In this document: positions 1-13,289 of the stretch, in pieces | Numbering within the stretch: the stretch's first letter is position 1 | How the letters are laid out: every line of letters starts with the position of its first letter | Source: Phoronis australis | Lineage: Eukaryota; Animalia; Phoronida | NCBI GenBank assembly: GCA_002633005.1 | Contig: NMRA01000062.1 | Span: forward strand, 144,251-208,250 | Length of the DNA: 64,000 bases | Direction of reading: 5' to 3' | Notes under the pieces: model-generated | Databases searched by the model: none | Told to the model about the DNA's origin: nothing | Seen by the model: the letters and a program-made list of their open reading frames with translations, nothing else | Position numbers and translations under genes: made by a program

Positions 1-3000
1 CAACAACCTATCAAACTACATGCTAGGAGTTTTTCAACAAGAAAATTTTGGGTATTTAAGTCAAGTTACCGAACTTTAAGGAATAAGAAGTGACTTTTGA
101 TTTTTGAATGTTTTTTCGGCAACTCTAAATGAAAAGTACTAACTAACAAGTGTTTACTTAACTTTTAAAAAACTAATCGTGTTTGCGTACCTAAGTGTGT
201 GCCTTTGCGTTTGCATATTAAATTTAATTCAGTTGTTTCTATAATAATTCACTTGTGCAATGTTTACCTGTTGCCCAAACACTTTTTTGTTAATTTGATT
301 TCTGAGCAGTGAATGTTATCTGTAGTATTTACCAATGTCCGTGAAATAAAATTTGCAAAAACAAAAAGTTTACCTTGTAAAAAAATCCAATCCAATACTT
401 TGTGTTCCTGACAGCACACACTGTACTTGATAAGTATCCTGCTCTTGGCAGACTATCTCACTTTTTGAATTTTTCCCGCCACCCAGTCAAAATACTGTTG
501 TAATTTCCCACGTGACATAGCGCTATTTTCCTGTTCAACTAAAGAAAAAAACAGGACGTTTTAAGGGTTTTTGAGACACCCGCAATTGCCTATTTTGCTT
601 GAAAAAACAACAAAAAAGCAGTCGGGTACTTTTGGGTTTAACGTCTCCCGTTTGACAAAAAAAACGCTGTCGTCTATGTGTGTTGCAGTGAACATTTCAC
701 CCTTGCGTTTTCCAATAAGCCCTGCTTTGTGTTTGAAAATCTTGCTTTACAATCCAGTTGTCCCATTTTTTCATTCTCAAATGTTGACAACTATGGAACA
801 GGTGTACATAATTTGTCATTTTGTCATGAATGCTGTTGGGAAGTCCTGCACTGCAATCCATGTAATGTTCAATCCACAATACATTTCAAACCTTTTTAAT
901 AGATGTTTGCTCAATTTTTATCCTTCAGAAAACCTTTATCTGCAAATTTCGGATAGGGACTTGGAGTAATTAGTTTATCACATTTTTGTAAATGTCACTG
1001 CATCCTGAATTTTTAATGAAGAACTATATTAAATGGCACCAAAGTTCCATGCAATATGCATAGATGGATAACTTTCAATGAATGACAGACTGAATTCTTC
1101 ACAGCAACTGTGAGAATTCATATGCTAAAATCTTTGTCTTGATAGTGTAGAATTTTTTTGAATCATTGAAATTATTTCTGCTGGTTTAAATACTTATTTA
1201 CATTATCTTTCTGGTCCGGTGTCTTTTTATATTACCATTATGCCCTGATAGTTTTCGCATTTTGGAAACGAAAATTAATATTTAAACCTGTCAAGTATGC
1301 TAAATGATGATAATTTAGGAATTGAATTGTTTATTGTTTGGTTCTACTATGCACCATCAAGAAATGATGAAGGCCTTTCTAATGACACGGCTCTAGCTCA
1401 AATTCGGCAGAAAAACGGCGGAGTTGCAAAATGTTTTAGCGGCAGTAAATTCTAAAGGTATAACCTACATCAGAACAAACGAATGTACGCAAATGACACG
1501 CATGTGCGGCGCAACCTCAGCCAGCGCGAGATCGAAGTAGGCATTCAAGGGCTAGAATTCAATGATTTGAAATTTTGAGAGGTCATTTAACAAAAATCGT
1601 CCTTTTGGCCTATTTTCGAAGTTTCTGGTACTGAAGCTAGACTTGTTCAGTATTTAATAAGTTAAAACTCCAGGTTTAAGCTAAATCAAAATATACACAA
1701 TAACAACAATAACATCAGACAATCACACATCATGTTGCAGAGAAACCTCATTACTTTTAGACTAAGACAAAAAGACAAAACTAAATATTGTTTCCATTTC
1801 CAAATGCTACTAACATTGCTGTGAATGACCACATTTGCTCAAAACACCAGCTGGTGGTAGCCATAGTTTACAACTCCAAAACGATAAAACATTTATTTGG
1901 TGCTACGTACAATATAAGAAAAAAATGAAAAGTGAAATTTCCTGTGGCGCTGTATTTCCTAAATTGGTGAGATTTACAATACAACAATGCATCTAACACC
2001 AAGTAACAATGGATAATATTAAGTAGATAATTCCATGTTTTATATAACCCAAACCATCAAGATAAAACAAGATTGTTAACAATGGATGACCCACATTTAT
2101 GAAATCACAAAAAATACAGCTAAGAACTATGTACCTATGTTGTGCTAGGTTGAACATAACGCAGAAATTTCTATCAGTGAGGATGTTATTTTAAGTTTGA
2201 CATCCAACTTATTAACGTCCATGACAGCATTTTCACACATACCTTTTATCATTTGAAATCCTTAAAGAGCTTAAAATCACCAATTTCACCAGTCGATCAG
2301 TAGAACACCCACAAACACTATCTTGACAATATGTTAATAAGATGATATCGAGTTACGAGTATTTATTGGCTGATACATAAAATGTAAAATTGGGACAACC
2401 AATGACTGCAATAGTCACCCTCCATTGTGTTTAGTATGTAAAGTTGTCAGAAATTGCTGCTCATTTTTCCTGTGGTTAATGATATAAAAAGAATGGCACT
2501 GCATTACGTTTGTAGTGGTTGTGATAACTCAGTATTTGTCCACCGTGTGGCTCTTTTCACTTTCCTGAGGGACATCAGAGAAGCACGGATATGGCACAAT
2601 TTTGTACAAGAAACTCTCGCGTTGGTGGACATGACACACAGGCACTGGGTACCTTCATATGTCAAACTCATGACCGTGGAGCTGAGAAACTTTGAATTAA
2701 TTAAATTCCCTTTTCTTCTAATTTCTCGTTTTTGGGAAACTGAATTCGTGATTGTGACATGTAGTGTTACAAACCAATGTTTAGTGATGCTGACAATGTA
2801 GTCATTCATCAAAACAAAGTAAATGGTGGTTTTAAGCACTTTAGCAATATGTTAACTATAAGTAAAAAATGCTAATGTAATGAACTACATCCGGTGCACC
2901 AAAAATTGTTCCAAGATCAAAGGGTTGCGTCTTAAAAGATCTTAAATGTGCGCTCCTGAACGTGGACATTCTTTGCAGTTTTTGTGAATTTTGCCTTCTT

Positions 3001-3539
3001 TGCTCATTTTTTTAGAGGCAACGCCATCTTGTCAGCAGCTGGATAAAAAACAAGTATCACCCAGATATGAGTGATAGAGGAAATACACGCCTGATGAAAA
3101 TTCAATACATTGTATCCGCATACTCATACAAATGTGTCAACAATGTCATTGTCAATGTGGCCAGTTTTTTTTAAGGCTTCAGATAAGGCAGTTAATGAGG
3201 CGAGTTTTGTAGAAATTAAGTAACCCCATGGGCTTAGTTTGGGATGATGTGAGAAATAGTGAAGGCTGTTTTTAATTTCTGTTGTAAAGCTAAAATGTTG
3301 TTTACAGCACTTTTGACATCTCAATTTTATCCATCTACAAGTTTGAGAGTTCTTTCATCATAAAATCCCTGAGCTGAATGAGACAATGATGTCAACCCCC
3401 CCGTATGATGTTTCAATTTTCAACCAATTCTTTTATTTTTCACTTTTTTATAAATTTAAAGCCAGAGTCTCGTGAAATTCATTATATTTTTGAAACTATA
3501 ACAAACTAGCAAGATTTGTGCTGATAAAACTTGAAATTA

Positions 3540-3855
3540 CAAGCTCATTTTGTTCATTACTACCACAAGCTCATTTTGTTCATTACTACCACAAGCTCAT
3601 TTTGTTCATTACTACCACAAGGTTATTTTGTTCATTACTAACACAAGGTCATTTTGTTCATTACTACCACAAGCTAATTTTGTTCATTACTACCACAAGC
3701 TCATTTTGTTCATTACTACCACAAGGTCATTTGGTTCATTACTACCACAAGCTAATTTTGTTCGTTACTACCACAAGCTAATTTTGTTCATTACTACCAC
3801 AAGGTCATTTTGTTTGTGATTACCAGAATCTCATTTTGTTCATTTCTGCCACAAC
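3540..3855. repeat. 26-bp minisatellite (caagctcattttgttcattactacca) x ~12
   Basis: Tandem array visible directly; accounts for the repetitive ORFs at 3518 and 3550. Confidence 0.95.
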
Positions 3856-4969
3856 CTCAGAGGTACAGTGATTACTTGATCTAAATGCCAGACAGTCAGA
3901 GACCTTTGATAAAATCTGCTAGTAAGCCTAAACAGATTGAGGAGAGGTTGCATCTAAGAAATCTTGAATCGTTCTGCATGCATGACCATGACATACTTAC
4001 TGTTATAGTTTTGAAAAATATTGTTTCCTTTTCGTTTTATGCAACTTTAATCTTTTCCGCAAAAACCATATCAGTCCTATCTTTGATAGTCCCTCATACA
4101 AACATTTACAAAATAATTCCTATCAGGATTTTGGAGAAAAGTGCATAACAGTTTCACGTGAATCCACGCATTCACTTCTTAGATATGACGTTCCTAAGTT
4201 CGCCAAAATTGAACATTTTTCTAAAAGGGCATTTCATAACCTGAACCCTGATCCGGTGCCAAAAGACAACATTTTTCACAGGCGTATTTGTTCTTCCAGG
4301 GCCATGTCATCAAGTTGATGTCCTTTGAAATGAAATTGATTACGATATAACATCAGAAATTCCCGAAATGGCCACAATGCTCATGACATAATTTCTCCAT
4401 GAAAGGACACAATGTGGCCAACAAGTGAAATTTTCAGTCAAATTGCGAATTTGTGGCAAACCTGAAGGCTCTCAAAAATGAATCGAGATAAACTTCCTGA
4501 CTACTATAAAGTCGCTTGCACAAGAAAACACTTTTAGAACACAGCTTCCAGCATTCAGAATTCTGGCAACAGAACATTTAGTACGGCATGAAAAGAAAGC
4601 AGACTTTATAGTTGTCATCTGTAATTGTTAATCAATGTTCCAAACCCAAGATTGCCTCGACAAACTAATGCGAAATCAGAGGTTCGAGACAGATATGACA
4701 GTGATTTCAGTCTGAGATTGGCGACAAATAAGTTTGCAGGTAATACTTAAAAAAAGGATTTTCTACTGCTACATACATAAGAAAGAATGTTAGAAATTCC
4801 AAAAACATAAATGAAATGTTATTAGTAAATTATTGAATTACAAAATGACTGTTGCACTCTCACACAATACACTAATCAAATCAGCTCTCCAATTGCTGCC
4901 ATGCTAGAAATAAGTGACATTTTTTATGTCAACTTGTCTGCAAACATAGCAAAACATTTGATTTTCAAA

Positions 4970-5083
4970 AGCGACCTTACTCAAAAAAGACCTTACTCAA
5001 AAGTGACTTAACTCAAAAATGACCTAATTCACAAGTCACCTTACTCAAAAGTGAACTAATTTGGGAGTAACCTTACTCAAAAG
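4970..5083. repeat. ~17-bp degenerate tandem repeat (gaccttactcaaaagt)
   Basis: About six units; on the minus strand the intact units read ttttga|gtaagg, a splice-donor-like motif. Confidence 0.8.
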
Positions 5084-8000
5084 CTTTGGTGAGCCAGCAT
5101 CATACAGATTGGAGGAAAAGAATCAGCTTTTTAGAAATGGCACAGTGCAGACTACTTTAAACCTGGGCTATGAGAAGTAACTTGGGTAAGATGGCAGGGA
5201 CCGGGGCATATTACGGAAGTCCATGAGAAGACTGAAACGCTAGGGATATCCCCATAGTAGTTAGGCTCATACTTTTAACAACAAGGGTGCTATAGCACGT
5301 GAAATAGCACGTGAAGTCGAAATATGATGTAAGTATGTATAGACTGCTGTATACTGTTGGTATGCAGCTGGTATCTTGTCATGTTAGGATCCCGTGTTGT
5401 GCCAAATGTTCAAGTGCATTGGTCCGAGTGTGAGAAATCTGAGGCTCATCCATCAGTATTGATGGACAGAACCCAATGGTCTTCTAGAGGAAACTGTGGT
5501 AACTAAAGAACAAGAGTACCAACAGATGGCAATAAACAGAAGCAATACTTACTTGAAGAATATATGTCAGCTATGGGAAGCTAGCAGCCATGACAGCAGG
5601 GGGCGCAAAAAAGACTGGAGGCATAGATAGTGTGTGTGAGGGTAGAGAGAGGAATGGAAGACATAGGTGTGTCAAGTTACCATGGTAATTTGTTCCATCT
5701 TCAGTCAGTGATCAATCTGAAACGGACAAAAGGTAAGATCTCATTATTTAAAACAAATGAGATTGCAATCAGTAAAGGGCATGAATCATTCACAAAACCG
5801 CAAAGCTGCTCTAAGTTATGAAGTGGAAAAATACCAATCACAATAACCCTTGCTCACCAGAGGGGAAAGATGTCTGTAACTTCCATGAAGGCAATGTTTT
5901 GGTTGAGGTTAGAACCCCCCCTCCCAGGCACCATCAATTCCTTCCACTTATCCCCCATCACCACCTGCTGTGATATTGGCTTGCCAACATTGTATGCAAG
6001 CGTTTCATATTTTACAACTACCTTGGTGCGATTTTTACGTGTAGCCGCCACCTCGGGTGACGTCATACCACGGCACAACATTCCCCCCCTCCCGGCGCTA
6101 ACCCTCACCAACAATGCCTACTAGCCAAAACCACAAGTTTGCGGAAGCGATTCTAACTTTGAGGGGGTTTTTAAAACCCTTGCCTGATGACTGGAATTTT
6201 GCATGATTTTTTGATTCTTGTCATAGGGGAATGGGACAATATTCGCCGGCCGTCAAAATCATGGCATTGGCGGTCCTGGTTGGATTTTTGGAACACTTAA
6301 GCTGTCACAAGATGAATAATATACAAAAATACAAGAGGGGTTAACTGTTTTGGATAGTGCAAACAACAATTTGAATGCAGTAACAGTAAAAAAGTAAAAT
6401 TCGATAGAAATGACAAAATTTAATTTTTTTCTCACACTTGTCAATTATTGTGGGTAATCCAGAAGATGTCTGCATCAACATAAAATTTAAATTGATTAAA
6501 ATTGGGTAGCTTCCTAGCAATAGCTCATGCATACATGTTTTAACAGTGGGAATCATTCACTCATCTCTCTCAGGAAAAGTTTGATGTCAGTTTGTTACAG
6601 TTAATAACAAACCAGTTCCGTAATTTTACATTCAGTTTTTGGGTAGGATTGAAATTTCTTTGTAACGGATTTTTAACAGCATTTAAGAGAGTCTAACAAT
6701 CTTCAAAATTCCTAATCTACATCAATATGACATTTTCGTCAAAAAAAGTTGATATCTGCGATGATCTCCAACTCACAGCTCGCACAGTCTGGCAGAAATA
6801 AACCCCACTCAATAAATGGCAGAGGGTATTTTAGTCTATTAGTAAAGTAACGGACTTAGATTTCTGTAAATCTTCGGCAGACAACGGAGTGAATTGACAA
6901 TTTGTAATAGAATCGCCTAAACAAAACAGATTTTCTTCTTTCATAGCTCTCTCTGGTCAAAGTCAATAACTCCAACAAGTCCATCATACCCAACAATAAT
7001 CTCCAGAATGCTAATCTTCCACCCAAAATCCACTTAAGTTCAACAGCAATCCATAAAAATCCCTCATCTAACGTCATGACAGATTGCCCCATGACAAGAT
7101 AACATTTATCAAACAGTAAAACAATGACATACCTTGAGGTATACAAGCCCAGAGTGTGATCTTCACCGTCAAATATACTGTATAAAAATGGCCTGAACAT
7201 TACAAACTCTTACGCAAAATTGTTCACTCCTCTTCACCGCAAGTGTGATGCGAGAGTGCTTAAGTAAGTGGAAGACCCTGTTGCGTAAATAGGATGACAC
7301 CAAACGACTATTTACATAACTGCTTTGTTCCCCCCACACACAAACGGATTTAGCAAGCCAAATCAGGACAATTGTTTACTCGAATATCCTCATCGTCAAA
7401 TCCCCACCAGCTTCCAATTTGACGAAAGAGCATCCCAGAGGTGTTTTAGCATAACTTTGAAACTAAAATATTTTGCGGACAACATTTCTTCAACTCAAAC
7501 ACGAAAGATTGACAAGAAGTATAACATATCTGACAAAACAAGTAACTTTTCAAAAGAACAGCATATGACTCTGATTATCAACCAATCGAAAACTTTTTCA
7601 AGACTTGGTGCGTTGAACAAAAAAACAAGTAATTAGAAAACTGGCCACTATATCTGTCCAGATTAACAATAAGGACGGATAATAAAGAATCTCAAAAATC
7701 AGGGAGTGTGCATTTCTGTGAACAGTTACGTAAAAATTTAACACAACCCTGTGAATAAGTCCAACGGTTAATATTTGTAACGGTAGTACTATTAACGTAC
7801 AGATAAAGTTGAAAATCAGTTAAGTGAATGAGCCCTGTGTTGTGTAATAATTTGCTTTATCAGGCATAAACAAACACAACCGTCCACTTGTGTGACTGAG
7901 ATAACTTATAAATCTGACTTAACCACTTATTGGAAAAATGCCAAAGTTGGCTAAATTTGGAAGAGCGTTCCTCAGAACTGACTAAGGCATTCATAAAAAT

Positions 8001-8084
8001 CTTACTGATACTACAGAGTGCTTAATTCACAGGTACCTAAAATACCGTCAGGAATTTTTAAAATGTTCCACTATTGCACAAGGG

Positions 8085-10160
8085 GCTATGGTAAAAAATA
8101 GCACTTTTATGGTTTTAATAAAAAAATCAAAAGGTGCACAAAATGAAAAAGGAAATATTTTATTAACTGTAACAGGAATTTTGAGATTTTATCAAGAACA
8201 TTATCGAACAAAATTTGGTGATGTAGTTGATATCAGTGTTTTGCTAACATTGTACCTTTCTTTTTTTGGTTTGCTAAATTCTATCACAAAGACATTGTCA
8301 CGTGACCCAATCAATGCTTTTGTGAAAGACAGACATATTGGGGAAAACATTAGAATTTTATAAGTTTTAAATCAATTTTAGACTCAAAACCACCATCCTG
8401 ACTCATTTAGCAGTAGTATGCCTGTCATTAGGATGGCTGGTTTTAAAAATGACAACTTGGACGGCACGGCCCAGAGAGAAGAAAGACCACCTTTTAACAC
8501 TGTAGATCGACAAATGCTGGCAGCCATGTTCTTCAGGGGAATATCTCCCTGTCCTGTTACATCTGGGTGACCTCGTACAGAATCAACCCATATGACATGG
8601 TGAAAATTTGGACCCTCACTTTTCAAATCCTAGATGAGTTCCTTGAGGCAACAGGATAGCTGTGGTGGTCCAGTGTGATGACAACACATATCATTACATT
8701 TTAGATTGTCCTTGAATTTAATTGACCAATTTACTAAATATTCTGGTTTGAAGCCAAATATTTAAAAAACAAAATTAATATGTTTGGACTGGTTTTAAAA
8801 AGACCCTGATGAAAAACTTCATGTCAATTGAATCCTGTTGCAGACAAACAAGCCTTCCATGTTTTTGGCAATTAAGTTCCTGCTGATTATGTTGCTATGT
8901 CAGATATTAACTATTAATAGTGGAAAGCTTCTGGAAATTAAGAAAATGATGATTTCTTGGTCAACACGAATTCTTACTGTTTTAGGTAAAATGAACATGA
9001 TTAAGACAATTTTACTGCACATCTACTTCAACCCTCCCTAATTCTTCTATAGAAAGGACACAAGAACTGGAGAGAAGTTTTTTTTATCTCCATTTGGAAT
9101 GGGAAGAATGATTGTACAGAAGTCCGTACAAATCTCCTCATTCAGTAAAGTATTCACCTAACATACCATACATGACCTTGTAGAAGAAGTCAGGTGAGTT
9201 TCAGAGTTCTTTAAAATGGGGATACCTTCCTTAAGAAAAGCAGACGGATCGGACAATCTGCTCTGGTTTCAACGGGTGTAACAAAAATATTATTTATTCT
9301 TCCCTGTGGTATAATACAAAGATTGAAGTCTGTAGACTTTATCTTCTACAAGACCTGGTATCATAACGTAAATGTTACATCGCTGCGGAAATAAAGATTG
9401 CAAACATCTTCTAAGAATGGTCTGCACGTCACCTGTTGGCCACATTACGTGACCTAATGAGCATAAGAGTGAAAAGTTTTCTGCCCCGACCGGGACTCAA
9501 ACCAGGGAACTTCTGCCAACCGTGCAGAAGCTCCAGTCCAGACTAATATTTATTAGGTCACGTGATGTGGCCAGTAGGTGGCGTGCAGACCAGACTTTAA
9601 AATGTTTCTGATTCAAGACCTGGTATGAAAAGGCTGTTTATCGTGTGCGTGACTTATTTGATGCAGAAGCTTCTTTTATGTCCCATGAAGAATACCTGTA
9701 ACAGTTGGATTACAAGCAAAACCTTTGTAGCATACAGGGTCTTTAGAATAGAAAAGATAAAATTTGCTTACCAAATTTTTCATTATAATTTGTAAAATTT
9801 TACACAACTCGCAATAGGTAAATATTTATGACATCTTTGTACAGCTACTTTAGACAGCACGAAAATATAAAAAGAAATGGTCATCCGAGATGCACATTAA
9901 ATATGTTTTGAATAACTTTAATAGTGGAGATCCTGATACACGGTAAAGAAAAGTAAATAAACTCACCTTCAATTGTTCAAGACACAAAATTATGGTGGTC
10001 TCAGTACCACCTTATTCACAGAGAAAAATGAATGCCTACCCAATTACATACACTACCGTAATACTCCTGGCCTAGTGGCTCAAGCAGAAGACCAGAGCCA
10101 CAACCAGGTCCGTACGCAGTGAGGGTTCAAATTCTACACACAAGAACATTTTTATGACTT
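8085..10160 (+). mobile_element. Degenerate L1/Tx1-type non-LTR retrotransposon ORF2 remnant
   Basis: Frameshifted fragments in the expected order: FVKDRHIGENIRIL, FTKYSGLKPNI*KTK, KKMMISWSTRILTVLGKMNMIKTIL, a WNGK motif, and KLWWSQYHLIHR (zf-RVT-like). Interrupted by other insertions. Confidence 0.75.
9362..9613. mobile_element. Foldback/MITE-like insertion with ~60-bp inverted arms and a 13-bp flanking direct repeat
   Basis: Arms ggtctgcacgtcacctgttggccacattacgtgacctaat / attaggtcacgtgatgtggccagtaggtggcgtgcagacc. caagacctggtat occurs at 9349-9361 and 9614-9626. The same arm sequence forms the hairpin at 57659-57743. Confidence 0.7.
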
Positions 10161-12492
10161 TTCTAAAAAAAGAAAAACTTAAATATCATTAATAAATATC
10201 AGAAGCTTTATTCTATCACACCTAGATAAGAACGCCTACAACTCCACTCCTTGGTCACCGTAAACTTTTTTATCACATGTAGTACTAGTAAGCACTAATA
10301 AGCTTAGGTGACGTCACACGAGTTCAAGAAAGGGAAATTACCTCAACATGGCCAGAGGAAAGCGCTAGTGAAATTCTGTTGAATTTCATGGATAAGTTCA
10401 GCACATTTTGACATGAGCCAGTTAAATTGCCTTTAGTCAAGAAAACTGGTTCTCAATATGCAGGACCCACATACGTATCCTAGTTTTACTGCTCAAATCT
10501 AAATTGTCTTAAGAGTCATGATATAGTTACTTATAACTCATCGTAGACAGGTCCCCCACCTGCCGTCCCTCAGTGTGGCTGGTATACAGGTGACCTCCAC
10601 ATAACCCAACCCTAAGTTTCCGTTTGACTGTAATGGTGCTCAGTCTTCAGTTTCGATGGTAGAACTGTCGTGAACACAAAAACTGACAAGTATGTGACCT
10701 CTGACCTTTTAGGTCACATTTGCTATGATTGCCTAATTGGTTGTTACGTGAACACCTCTTGTGGCTAATTGGTATATTGTTTTGGCCAATCAATGCCTGC
10801 TGCTGATACTAGGGTTGTCCCCTGAACCCTCGTGTTCAGCCTCTTTCTTTCTTGTTGCGTTAGAAGAAAGACACGTTTTGTTCTCTTGAACAAGCATTCA
10901 TCTAAATAGTTTTTAGCAGAATATTGAGAACCTTTGAGAGATTGAGAACTTTTGAGTATTAGAATCCAGTGTACAATTGGTGAGAATAGATTCGAGAATT
11001 TGTGAGTCCAGCTTGGACAGTGACTATCAGTGCAGCCAGTGTTGGAGCTGAAGACAGGTTGGTTTGACAGTCATTCGTACCTTTAGAGAACTCCTTGGCT
11101 GAACAGAGCACCGCAAGCACTTGTGACTTGTGCCATGTAACACCAGCTCCGGGAGATTCACCACAGCACGGAATACTCGAAAAATTGGAGGAGCATTTGT
11201 TCGAGCTGGAACGTTACACATCAACACATGGCCACCTGACAACGTGTCTTTGTCTCTCCTCAAAGCGTCACCATTTTTTGATGGCTTACTCACTGTGAGT
11301 CAAAATTTTATGAAAAGCTTCCAGCATACAGCAGCCTATGTGATGACTACCATTTGGTTGTGCAGTCTAAACTCATTGATGGATGCTTGTTTCAGTTTGA
11401 TGTACATTATTCCCTGTACTTTGAAATCTCATTCAACGTTTTATAAGTGGATACATAGCCACGTATGGATGGGGCGATACCATTACCACACATATGTCAA
11501 CTATTGTAAGTACTACATTGCTCAGGTTCATTAGTTTAGTCATACCTTACAGAGTGCACTTACAGTGTACAGGAATGATTACCACCATATATGCCTACAT
11601 CATCTACATGCCACTGACCAACAACATTAATTTAAAAGAGCCATTGCTTGTCTGTAATAGGGATGGAACTTTGGATTCTTGTCTCGCATGCCAAAGACCA
11701 GGAGTCCGAGTCCCACCAGTGTGGAAGTTTTTCATACCATGTTTTTCTGTGGCATTTAATATTGTTAATGTTAAGCAAATCCATGTGTCAGGAATGAGAA
11801 ATGAATTAAAAGAGTCTGCGTGATCGTACCAGGTTGCTAGTATAAAACACTATCCAATGAGTTGAAGCCATTATTATACAATGGAGTCCATTCCTACGAA
11901 ATACGTACCTGGTATAACTCGGCAATTAATGTTATTGAATAAAACGAAACCTTGTCCTCAGACAACTGTCACGCACTCGGAAATAGGGTCAATGTTTACA
12001 ATAAAGTAAACAACAGGTGTCGCTTTTCAAGCAGACTTTTGTGAGCTATCATTATTCATTTTATTTCACTTCAATCAGATGATACGTCAATTATCACTGT
12101 AAAAATTACCAAGAACAACTTCGGTATATTATAGAGTGTGTACTAAATTGCACTTTATGGTCATTACTCTTTTGCGTGTTTACATTTGGAAAATATCTAA
12201 CTGCGAAGAACAAGAAAAAAACATGATCCCAAATGACAACTGTCATGGCTGCAAAGTGGTTGGTGCTTCCTTGATGAACAACAAAAGGTTTGCAAAAACC
12301 TGAACAATGGCCGGAAGAAATGATAAAAGGTTTTTGTCATGTAGACAAAACTATTGGTAAGTTAGCGAGTACACTAACGTTAGTGTCCCTTCGATGTGTA
12401 ATAGAGCGTCGTCAACCACACCCAAGGCAGTGACCACCGTCCGACACCGTCGCGTCAGTATGCCAGTATGGTAATTGGTATGGTCCCCAGCC

Positions 12493-12552
12493 AGTACTAC
12501 CACTACTTAGTACTACTACTAATTACTACTAATACTACTACTACTACTACTA
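12493..12552. repeat. (TAC)n microsatellite
   Basis: Imperfect tac run. Confidence 0.85.
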
Positions 12553-13007
12553 GTGGTATAGAGACGGTGAAGCTAGTCCTATGGGAGTTTCATACGCCAG
12601 AAGCTTTATGCCTCACCCTCATTTATACCTGACTAGCATCAGTGTACCCGCAATAACGCAATTTGACAGTTCATCCACGATTGACACCTCACAACTTTCA
12701 TTGAATAAACAATTATTTAACAGGATTAGTGGTTACACTGAAATCAGTTCCAGTATTAGACGCTCACAACTTGCACTGCGCATGTGCCATCTTGTTACGG
12801 AATTTCACTTGGGCAAAATCTTACTTTTTTGAATGCGGGTAATGACAATTACTAGCAGAGGAAGTAGACAATGACCATTGTCTCTGCTGGCTCCGCTCTT
12901 ATAGGCACGGAAGCTGTTCGGCGAATTATGCCTCGCACTGACTAAATCCCTATTGTGCATTGAGGGACACCTTAAGAGGCCGTCGATGTATTTAATTCAA
13001 ACAAATA

Positions 13008-13191
13008 CTCCCGTTATCAAACTTTTTCTTCAAGCAGTCCCTCGCTCAGTTCCCAAAATCGGTAACTCGCCATTTTCACTAGACGCGTATTCTAAGGGAT
13101 AAATACGTCATGCGACCTGCTGGGCGCAGTGTTAAAAATGGCTAGTTACCTATTTTGGGAACTGAACGAGGAGAAAGTTTGATAACGGGAG
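13008..13191. mobile_element. Palindromic MITE-like element upstream of the KRIT1 start exon
   Basis: ctcccgttatcaaacttt...cagttcccaaaatcggtaactcgccatttt pairs with aaaatggctagttacctattttgggaactga...aaagtttgataacgggag. Confidence 0.7.
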
Positions 13192-13289
13192 AATTTTTTC
13201 GAGTCAAATTTGTTTAAGTGAATTTACGATATACTGTTATTAAAGCAATTTGACATCCAGCTTGATTTGATTGTAGAAATCACCCAAAA

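Larger units (their letters stand above)
2530..5716 (-). pseudogene. Possible decayed multi-exon gene (unidentified; could be a spliced lncRNA or a TE-borne gene)
   Basis: Chain of exon-like blocks bounded by AG/GT on the minus strand (about 5716-5681, 5614-5553, from 5501, 5161-5076, 4323-4240, 3953-3856, 3265-3130, 3038-2889, from 2681). They read as protein-like text interrupted by isolated stops, e.g. LKKTGHIDNDIVDTF and LHGHEFDI*RYPVPVC. No family recognised. Confidence 0.3.

Noticed and set aside
3518-3819. ORFs with repeated HFVHYYHKLILFITTT
   Set aside because: They are translations of the 26-bp minisatellite, with no splice or homology support.
2530-5716. Multi-selenocysteine protein (several in-frame TGA codons)
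   Set aside because: TAG and TAA stops occur in the same frames and no SECIS element was recognisable.
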